Part shown: piece by piece, positions 55,300 through 64,000 of the stretch
How the letters are laid out: each line of letters opens with the position of its first letter
Position numbering within the stretch: the stretch's first letter is position 1
Assembly (NCBI GenBank): GCA_016932785.1
Contig: JAFGCJ010000001.1
Location: forward strand, 10,909-74,908
Source of the DNA: Candidatus Dojkabacteria bacterium
GTDB taxonomy: Bacteria > Patescibacteriota > Dojkabacteria > SC72 > JAFGCJ01
Direction of reading: 5' to 3'
Length of the DNA stretch: 64,000 nt
Made by a program: the position numbers and the translations under genes
Notes under the pieces: generated by a model
Seen by the model: the letters and a program-made list of their open reading frames with translations, nothing else
Told to the model about the DNA's origin: nothing
The model's database searches: none

Positions 55300-56073
55300 C
55301 TAGTTGATTCTCGTTATAGTAACCGAACTCAGAGCTCTCGTGTTCGTTTTCGAAATAGCTCCGTCAATTCTGAAAATAGGAACGGTTGATTCTCTTGGGG
55401 TAAGGTATTTTTGTCTGAATCCAGTCGGATCTTGTTTAAGATCTCTCGACATCTGCCGTATCTGTTCTTCTCCAGCGGGGAATACGTATGCGATTGAATT
55501 TTTGAGATCGAATTCCGTTTCTCCCGAACTTGATCCCGGACCAAGAGATGAAAAGGACTCAAGTTCCCATGTTACTCGGCCCTCTTCACCGGGTTCCACT
55601 CCCTCATCGATCTTTGCAATGGCTAAGGCCCAGGTTCTTTTATGTCTTTTCTCTGTGTCGTTGAGCGCGGTAGCAACTCGAAGTGTGGCCGTTTTATTAT
55701 GAGATAATCTGAGGTCAAGATTTTCCTTTGGTACATAATCTTCAAATTTTCCCGCGTCTTTTTCGGAGTCAGGCTCTATTGATTTTCGTGTGAGCATTAA
55801 GTCGGCTGAGCTTGCTGCTTTGTACTCACGGCCGCCGATTATCACTCTTCTTCCAGAAATATTCTTGTCTCCCTGGAGGCTTACGACCGCTTGGTTCCAT
55901 ATTGTTTCTCCATCAGTCTCATTTGGGGGCATGATTTCCAGAGCACCATTTTTATCGAGTAAGGCTTTGTGGTATTGATGATTTTCTTGTACGGGTTGCC
56001 CTAAAGGTACGGTGTCTGAAGTGTCGTCGGGCATTCCTTGCGGTACGTCATTTGCGGGGATCTCAGCTGCCAT
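55300..56073 (-). CDS. 257-aa hypothetical protein
   Basis: Intact ORF between gyrA and the GH3 gene. No signal peptide and no recognisable motif. Confidence 0.5.
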   Translation of the reverse strand: MAAEIPANDVPQGMPDDTSDTVPLGQPVQENHQYHKALLDKNGALEIMPPNETDGETIWNQAVVSLQGDKNISGRRVIIGGREYKAASSADLMLTRKSIEPDSEKDAGKFEDYVPKENLDLRLSHNKTATLRVATALNDTEKRHKRTWALAIAKIDEGVEPGEEGRVTWELESFSSLGPGSSSGETEFDLKNSIAYVFPAGEEQIRQMSRDLKQDPTGFRQKYLTPRESTVPIFRIDGAISKTNTRALSSVTITRIN

Positions 56074-56143
56074 TGTCGTTGATAATAATTTTATATAAAA
56101 CCATACTAATTAATAAATAGCCCGGGTGTCAAATAGGGTCTTG

Positions 56144-57277
56144 CTATGGGATTGTGTCGTGTTCTTCTGTTGCGTATTTTTTTTCCAGGATTTTGAGTAC
56201 TGTATTATTGAGATATTCTTCTTCTATGTCTGTGTATAGAGACTCTAGGATGCCCTCAGTCGTTCCTGTCGTCGAGGTGCAAAGAATCATGTGGTTTCCA
56301 GCCTTTAGGGCTGTTGTTGAACTTTGGAAAACATCTCGTCCTGTTCCCAGCATTGTTATATTGTCGGTAATAATTAAACCCTCAAATTTAAGTTCTTTCT
56401 TTAGTGTCTCGTCTATCCAGAATTTTGATTTGCTTCCTATCTCATCGTCGATGTATGGATAAAGAGTATGTCCAGTCATCATTCCATCTGCATTGTTTTC
56501 TATGGCCGTTTGAAATGGTTTCTCCTCAGCATCTCTCCAGGTTTCAAGGTCGATAGGTATAGATGGAGTTATGAAATGGCTGTCCCCTGAGGTTCTTCCG
56601 TGGCCGGGAAAATGCTTTACTATCGTGAGTACGTTAGTTTTATTGTATTCATCTACGGTCCATCCGACATGCTTTGATACTAAATCTGGATTGTTGCCGA
56701 AAGCTCTGAGGGCCAGGAAGGAGCTTGTTGAGAATGCGATATCAGCAACTGGGGCAAAGTTCATATTTATTCCAAGATCTTCTAGTGTTGAGGCAATTTC
56801 ATGTGCGGTTTTTCTTGTTTGTTCCTCAGAATCGATTTGGCCTAGTTGGGGTTGGGAGTATTGCGCTGGTGCAAAACTAAGTCTCTCAACTACCCCACCT
56901 TCTTCATCGATAGCTATGAAAAGTGGAGGCAGACCTGAGTCTTTTGCCCAGTTTTGAAGATCTGCGGTTAGCTTCTTGGTCTGTTGTGAAGATTGAATAT
57001 TGGTTGTGTATAGAATAATTCCTCCTGGTTTTATTTCGTTTAGGAATTCTTTCGTCGGTTCGGTTAAAGTTGTTCCGGAGATATTAATTATCATTGTTTG
57101 TCCGGCTTTTTCCTTGTGGTTGAGGGATTCCAGATAATTGTGGGCGAAAACATATTTCTTTTCGACAATATTCGGAGAGACATCTTGGGCTTTTAAAACT
57201 ACCTCCCTGCTGTATGGGAGAAAAAAATTGGCGACAATTGGAAGAATTGACAGGATAGGGAGAATAAATTTCTTCAT
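56144..57277 (-). CDS. Glycoside hydrolase family 3 (beta-N-acetylhexosaminidase NagZ-like) with a signal/anchor
   Basis: FIAIDEEGGVVERL and KHFPGHGRTSGDSH. Confidence 0.8.
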   Translation of the reverse strand: MKKFILPILSILPIVANFFLPYSREVVLKAQDVSPNIVEKKYVFAHNYLESLNHKEKAGQTMIINISGTTLTEPTKEFLNEIKPGGIILYTTNIQSSQQTKKLTADLQNWAKDSGLPPLFIAIDEEGGVVERLSFAPAQYSQPQLGQIDSEEQTRKTAHEIASTLEDLGINMNFAPVADIAFSTSSFLALRAFGNNPDLVSKHVGWTVDEYNKTNVLTIVKHFPGHGRTSGDSHFITPSIPIDLETWRDAEEKPFQTAIENNADGMMTGHTLYPYIDDEIGSKSKFWIDETLKKELKFEGLIITDNITMLGTGRDVFQSSTTALKAGNHMILCTSTTGTTEGILESLYTDIEEEYLNNTVLKILEKKYATEEHDTIP

Positions 57278-57332
57278 GATCTCATTCTAGCACAGAAAGT
57301 GCCTTATTAAGAAAAAATAAGACTGAGACAAT

Positions 57333-59300
<1,968 letters not shown>

Positions 59301-59494
59301 TTATTTCCCCGGTTGATGATATAAACGTTCTGATGATGTCAGCATGGATCGAGAAATATCACTATTCAACTCGAGCCAGTTGATGTCATATACTAGTTGA
59401 TTGGTATATCGGGAATCTCTACCTATTCGTTTAAACTACAAGAGTTAAACACGATAAAAGGTCTGGATTCTGTTACACCAATTTACTCCCTTTT

Positions 59495-59533
59495 AAAACA
59501 AAAAACAAGGGATATTTAAACCAATAATCCCTT
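59495..59533 (-). terminator. Rho-independent terminator candidate downstream of holB
   Basis: The minus strand reads AAGGGAT-(13-nt loop)-ATCCCTT followed by GTTTTTTGTTTT. It lies 9 nt after the holB stop. Confidence 0.5.
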
Positions 59534-59541
59534 TTTCCAGG

Positions 59542-60282
59542 TTACATTATACTTTCTTCCAATTGCAAGATCAAATTCTCAAGAGCCAGTCGTTTGTTGG
59601 CGTTTTTGGATATGAAAAATAAAGTTTTACTGATTTTTTTGGTAATGGATAAGAGATGTTTTATTTCTGTTATATCTTTCTCTTCTGTGGCCTCTATCAA
59701 TTGGATTCTGAAATACCTTTGCAGCTCATGGAGAAAGTCTTGCACTACTCCTGGCGAGTCTTTTTCTTTCTTAACAAGTTCCTCAATCTCAAGAAATTTA
59801 TCCACGATGTCTCTTTCGAGAAATTGGCCGATAGCTGGTGATTGAGGTAATTCCTTGATGCAGTCTTCTAATTCCTGCGTGGGGACTTCTTGATCGAGAT
59901 TCTCTCGCACATATACTTTTCTAGCTCTCGATACAATTGTTGGTAAGAGAAACTGTTCGTGCGTTGTTGTTAATATGAATATAGTCTGTTCTCCAGGTTC
60001 TTCGAGCGATTTAAGAAGTGCATTCTGGGCTTCTGTTGTAAGCCGGTCTGATCTAAAGATAAGTCCTATTTGGTATTTTGCTTCATAGGGTTGATATTGT
60101 AGTTCTTTGATTAGCGTTTTTACATCATCTATTCCGATGCTTGTTCCTACAGCGCCATCGATGATGTGGAGGTCTGGGGGGAGTTTTTTTATGTCGATTG
60201 GTTTTTCTAGATAGTCCTGGGCGATGCTTAGGGCGGTGTTTCTTTGGATAGAAATTTTAGGGTGGATTATTAGGGTTGTCAT
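59542..60282 (-). CDS. holB: DNA polymerase III delta-prime subunit-like clamp-loader protein
   Basis: EAQNALLKSLEEPGEQTIFILTTTHEQFLLPTIVSRARKVYV, including the SRC-like motif region. Confidence 0.75.
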   Translation of the reverse strand: MTTLIIHPKISIQRNTALSIAQDYLEKPIDIKKLPPDLHIIDGAVGTSIGIDDVKTLIKELQYQPYEAKYQIGLIFRSDRLTTEAQNALLKSLEEPGEQTIFILTTTHEQFLLPTIVSRARKVYVRENLDQEVPTQELEDCIKELPQSPAIGQFLERDIVDKFLEIEELVKKEKDSPGVVQDFLHELQRYFRIQLIEATEEKDITEIKHLLSITKKISKTLFFISKNANKRLALENLILQLEESIM

Positions 60283-60285
60283 TGG

Positions 60286-60792
60286 CTAGTATATTTTACC
60301 ATGAGTTTGGGGTCTGACCCCCGTTAGGTCGTTATCCTCGATCAAGTGTAGATACGAATCCTTAACAAACAGCCATTTGTAGTAAAATGGGTTTGAAACA
60401 TATTGGGCTTTGACGGGATTGTCTATCACGTAATGAATTATATTGTGTAGACCACTTATCCCTTTAATAAGGCGTGTGTTATATCTTCCCTGAAACGTAT
60501 GTCCGACTAATCTGTATCTTGTGTTGTAATACTGACTGTAGGAAGTTTTTACTCGTTGCATGAATTTTGATATTTGGGGGCCGATTCCCTGTTTTAATAC
60601 TAGATGGTAATGGTTGTCCATTAAGCAATAAGAAACCACTTCTACTGATGTCATTCTTTCAATTTCTCTGAGCTTTTGAATAAAGAATTTGTTGTCGGTT
60701 GGAAAGTTAAATATCCGGTTTTTTCTGTTACCACGGTCATATACATGATAATAAGCATTCTGAATAAAGGGTGGTCGTACATTTCTTGGCAT
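60286..60792 (-). mobile_element. REP-associated tyrosine transposase (RAYT; IS200/IS605 Y1_Tnp family)
   Basis: YHVYDRGNRKNRIF, LMDNHYHLVLK (HUH motif), GHTFQGRYNTRLI (catalytic Tyr region), YVIDNPVKA. Confidence 0.8.
60309..60330. repeat. REP-like element, left arm of a 22-bp perfect inverted repeat flanking the RAYT gene
   Basis: The reverse complement of ggggtctgacccccgttaggtc is gacctaacgggggtcagacccc, which is found at 60842-60863. This arm lies within the last codons of the RAYT ORF. Confidence 0.8.
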
Positions 60793-60834
60793 AAACAGAT
60801 ATTAACTTGAAAAAATGAAGATGGTATTAAAATT

Positions 60835-60873
60835 GGGGACAGACCTAACGGGGGTCAGACCCCCAACTACAGG
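60835..60873. repeat. REP-like element, right arm, upstream of the RAYT gene
   Basis: ggggacagacctaacgggggtcagacccccaactacagg, which parallels 19147-19186 (ggggtcagacctgttgggggtcagacccccaactatagg). Confidence 0.8.
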
Positions 60874-60878
60874 CTACG

Positions 60879-60907
60879 TTGACTTGACAAAACCAGTGTT
60901 AGATAAT
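60879..60907 (+). promoter_or_regulatory. Sigma70-like promoter candidate for pilB
   Basis: TTGACT (60879-60884), a 17-nt spacer, then GATAAT (60902-60907). It lies 45 nt upstream of the ATG at 60953. Confidence 0.45.
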
Positions 60908-60952
60908 GTTTTTAGCCGGTAACGGAAAATTATTTGACTGCCTTTCTGCCCG

Positions 60953-62758
60953 ATGAGCTTCAAGCTCTTGGACATACTCGTCAAAGATGGCGTTATTGAC
61001 GAAGCAAAGTCCGATGAAGTAAAAGTAATAAATACCAAGACTAAAAAGCCAATTGAGCAAATCCTTCTTGAGCTCAATTACGCGAGTGAGGTCCAGATAG
61101 CCAAAGCTAAGGGTGAGGAATTCAATATTCCCTTTGTCGATCTGAATACCGAGGAGATACAAAACGAGGCGGTGAACCTCGTCAATCCTGATCTACTTAA
61201 AGCCCATAGGGCTTTTCCATATCAAGATTCTCCAGCAGGATTGAAGGTCGCTATGGTAGACCCTTTTGATATTCCTGCGATTCAAGCTTTGCAGAGGTCA
61301 ATTTCTGATGGAAAAAAGCTTCGGGTTTATATTGCCGCCCCATCTCAAGTAAAAGAGTTTATAGATAAGCGGGTTGGACAGGCGATTACCTCTGAGGTCA
61401 GCGAGGCGCTTGAGGATGTTGAACAGCCTGTTACAGAGATTACCGATGAGGATGTTGATATATCTCAAGCGGCTGTTGCGCTTCAGAATGCTCCTGTTGC
61501 AAGGATTGTGAATTCTATTCTCCAGTATGGTGCCAAAATTAACAGCTCAGATATTCATATTGAACCGATGGAGAAACTTGTTCGTGTAAGGTATAGGGTA
61601 AACGGTGTTATGTCAGAAAAGCTTAAGTTGCCCAAGTCTGTTCATTCAGCCATTGTTGCAAGAATAAAAATTCTTTCCAAAATGAAAATCGATGAAAAGC
61701 GTGTCCCTCAGGATGGTCGATTTCCAATTAAGATTGGAGAAAGGCGGATAGATCTTCGTGTCTCCTCTCTCCCGACTGTTTTTGGTGAAAAGATCGTTAT
61801 GAGGCTTCTTGAGAGAACTCGTGGAGTTCAACCAATTGAAGATTCTGGGCTTAGGGGAAATGCATACAAGACATATATTGATGAAATAAAGGCTACTACC
61901 GGTATCATTTTAATTACTGGTCCCACTGGTTGTGGTAAATCAACTACTCTTGCGGGTACTATTTCGAAGATAAATAAGCCAGAAGTGAACATAATTACTG
62001 TTGAGGATCCTGTTGAAATCAGGATTCCGGGTGTTAACCAGGTTCAGATAAATCCTGATGCAGGGCTTACTTTTGCTTCGGGGCTGCGCTCTATTCTTCG
62101 TCAGGACCCTGATATTATTATGGTCGGTGAGATTCGTGATGAGGAGACTGCAAGACTTGCTGTTCAGGCTGCACTTACAGGACATCTGGTCTTGTCTACT
62201 TTGCATACGAATAGCGCTTCGTCTGCTTTGCCCCGATTGCTTGACATGCAAATTGAGCCGTATCTTTTGGCCGCGGTTATGAATATGACAGTTGCGCAGC
62301 GTCTTCCGCGAAGAATCTGTAATCATTGCAAAGAGCCATACGTTGCAAGTCAGGAGGTTATTGACGACATTAATAAAAAATTGAGCACAATTCATGATTT
62401 CAATGCCGTGAATTATCTTCTGAGTAAATGTCAGAATCAGGATGGGACCCCCAAGGAGGGACTGTCCGATGTAAAATGTCCTGTTGAGAAAGGTGGTGGG
62501 CAGTATGATATATATTTGTACAGAGGCAAGGGATGTGATGAGTGCGGACATACAGGGTTTTCAGGAAGAATAGGTATCTTTGAGGTGCTGAAAATATCTG
62601 AAAAGATTGGAAGAATGATTATGGAAAGGCGATCGTCTGATGAAATCGAGCATGTAGCCGTCAAGGACGGAATGATAACAATGGTTCAGGATGGGTTTCT
62701 GAAGGCGCTTGAGGGTATTACGACTATCGAAGAAGTTCTGCGGGTCAGCAGAGAATAA
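60953..62758 (+). CDS. pilB: Type IV pilus / type II secretion assembly ATPase (GspE/PilB family)
   Basis: N-terminal GSPII_E_N-like domain (LVKDGVIDEAK...), GPTGCGKSTT (Walker A), IMVGEIRDEETA, a tetracysteine CxxC...CxxC motif and GRIGIFEVL. Confidence 0.9.
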   Translation: MSFKLLDILVKDGVIDEAKSDEVKVINTKTKKPIEQILLELNYASEVQIAKAKGEEFNIPFVDLNTEEIQNEAVNLVNPDLLKAHRAFPYQDSPAGLKVAMVDPFDIPAIQALQRSISDGKKLRVYIAAPSQVKEFIDKRVGQAITSEVSEALEDVEQPVTEITDEDVDISQAAVALQNAPVARIVNSILQYGAKINSSDIHIEPMEKLVRVRYRVNGVMSEKLKLPKSVHSAIVARIKILSKMKIDEKRVPQDGRFPIKIGERRIDLRVSSLPTVFGEKIVMRLLERTRGVQPIEDSGLRGNAYKTYIDEIKATTGIILITGPTGCGKSTTLAGTISKINKPEVNIITVEDPVEIRIPGVNQVQINPDAGLTFASGLRSILRQDPDIIMVGEIRDEETARLAVQAALTGHLVLSTLHTNSASSALPRLLDMQIEPYLLAAVMNMTVAQRLPRRICNHCKEPYVASQEVIDDINKKLSTIHDFNAVNYLLSKCQNQDGTPKEGLSDVKCPVEKGGGQYDIYLYRGKGCDECGHTGFSGRIGIFEVLKISEKIGRMIMERRSSDEIEHVAVKDGMITMVQDGFLKALEGITTIEEVLRVSRE

Positions 62759-62775
62759 ATTCTATATAATGAAAT

Positions 62776-64000
62776 ATGGCTAATAGGAATAATCAGTCAG
62801 GTTCACCGACTAATGGAGCTGGTAGTTCAATGTCGGACAATAGCAAAGGGGCGATGAGTGGAGGTGTTTCATCTGCTGATCCAGCATCGGTTGGTTTGCC
62901 TCCTGTTGGACCTACTGATTCTGTTAATCCGGCAGTGCAGGTTCCCAAGCCAAATGCAGGAATGCCTGTAGGTCAGTCTACTTCCGGAGCTTCTTCCGTT
63001 GTGGGTCAACAGACTCCTTCAGATCAGCCAGTGTCCTCTGATCAAGCTGGGATGTCTGATCAGACTTCCCAGAAGGGACAACAGGACGATGTTGCTGAAA
63101 AGGATTTGGAAAAGGCTTTAGAGGATCTTAAGGCTTTAGAATCGGGAGAACAGCCGTCGGAAAGTGATAAATCTTCGGAAGCGAGTGTCACTACAAAGGT
63201 AAGTAATGAATCTGGGTCGGGCACTTCAGATGGTCAGACCGAATCGACTGATTCTCTTGATCTTTCATATCCTGATGCGATCAATAATGCTGCTAGTTTT
63301 GCTGAATCCACTGAATCTTCTTTAAAACAGGATGACACAGATTTGTCGGAAGGTACTTCTCAATCAGAACCACAGCTGAAGTCAGCTTCTGAGGATTATC
63401 AATCTAAAGGAACAGGTTCTTCCATTCAAGTACCTGCGGAACCCACTAAATCTTCGGAACCCATGAAAACTGAAGGAGGTGTTAAGTCTGGTTCCCAGGT
63501 TCAACCAGTATCTGGAGCATCTGGAAAGAGCCTGGCCGATCTTGCAAAAAAATTGTCGAACTGGAAAGATGATTTTATGTCAGGTGATTCAAAGAAGGGA
63601 CAAGATGATAAAAGAGCTCAATCAAGACCACAATCAGTAGATTCTCCAGTTGTAGGAACGAAAAATGCAGAGGCTGATCTACCAGGAACCCAATCCCCTA
63701 CTCCAGCAGTGACTCCTGCTCCTGCGGTTGGAAGTACTTCTCAACCACCGGTAGGTAAAGCTGAAACCGGTTCCAAAGAGCCAACGGCCGTAATGCCTAA
63801 AGGTAAAGAGATGGGAGGTTCTCAACAATCTGTGAATACATTGCCTAAACAGATAGCTAGCGAGGCTCAAAAGCCGGTTGTTCAGGAGGAGATTCCTAAA
63901 AGCTCCAGTACTGGAAAGATGGCAATGACCATGGATCAACTGCTACAAACCATTGTTGATAAAGATTCCTCAGATCTTCATATTACCGTTGGCTATCCCC
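62776..64000 (+). CDS. PilT-like retraction ATPase with a ~385-codon S/T/Q/P/G-rich N-terminal extension (3' end beyond the window)
   Basis: I translated 62776 onward by hand and found no stop codon before the window end. The last codons, MTMDQLLQTIVDKDSSDLHITVGYP, match the canonical PilT/PilU N-terminus. The ORF is absent from the track because it is open at the window end. Confidence 0.7.
   Translation, partial: MANRNNQSGSPTNGAGSSMSDNSKGAMSGGVSSADPASVGLPPVGPTDSVNPAVQVPKPNAGMPVGQSTSGASSVVGQQTPSDQPVSSDQAGMSDQTSQKGQQDDVAEKDLEKALEDLKALESGEQPSESDKSSEASVTTKVSNESGSGTSDGQTESTDSLDLSYPDAINNAASFAESTESSLKQDDTDLSEGTSQSEPQLKSASEDYQSKGTGSSIQVPAEPTKSSEPMKTEGGVKSGSQVQPVSGASGKSLADLAKKLSNWKDDFMSGDSKKGQDDKRAQSRPQSVDSPVVGTKNAEADLPGTQSPTPAVTPAPAVGSTSQPPVGKAETGSKEPTAVMPKGKEMGGSQQSVNTLPKQIASEAQKPVVQEEIPKSSSTGKMAMTMDQLLQTIVDKDSSDLHITVGYP

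Overview
This 64 kb bacterial window is read with the standard code; long ORFs are intact without recoding. Housekeeping genes have about 40-45% G+C by hand counts on sample stretches. They include rpmE (partial), dnaB, tRNA-Leu(CAA), efp, lspA, an RluD-type pseudouridine synthase, yebC, ruvC/ruvA/ruvB, greA, a nadD-like gene, gyrA, gyrB, holB, pilB and a pilT-like gene. Envelope genes are also present: two sortases, an LCP-like protein, a VanY/M15 peptidase, a GH3 NagZ-like enzyme, two GT2 enzymes, a 1226-aa membrane GT-C-like protein and a methyltransferase. The gene content, the many giant ORFans and the start sites lacking Shine-Dalgarno (SD) sequences suggest a small-genome uncultivated lineage such as CPR/Patescibacteria; that is inference only. 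Several visibly G+C-richer blocks of very large uncharacterised ORFs are interleaved with the housekeeping genes.

- **Block 1 (3723-12628):** two paralogous helical proteins (778 and 586 aa) plus a 1553-aa protein carrying an embedded, atypical Hanks-type Ser/Thr kinase core.
- **Block 2 (28438-31872):** a degenerate P-loop protein with a C-terminal OmpR-type wHTH, plus a 704-aa ORFan, lying tail-to-tail with a tyrosine recombinase.
- **Block 3 (33335-42945):** a 162-aa protein, a 2264-aa repeat-rich protein with a Gly/Ala-rich hydrophobic hairpin, and a 760-aa PP2C-phosphatase/FHA fusion.

My best candidate for a previously undescribed system is a kinase / PP2C-FHA / giant-protein phospho-signalling ensemble spanning blocks 1 and 3.

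Other notable items:
- a Cys/His-less CsoR-family repressor with a perfect operator palindrome, which has a second copy inside the rluD-like ORF;
- a conserved 17-mer promoter-like motif present three times;
- a RAYT (REP-associated tyrosine transposase, Y1 type) gene with flanking REP-like inverted repeats, plus a gene-less copy of the repeat pair;
- an ~880-bp very G+C-rich, SD-bearing Cys-rich ORF cassette bracketed by inverted repeats;
- a sortase next to an 84-aa mini-substrate;
- a PilT-like ATPase with a ~385-codon low-complexity N-terminal extension.

I found no rRNA genes and no CRISPR array.
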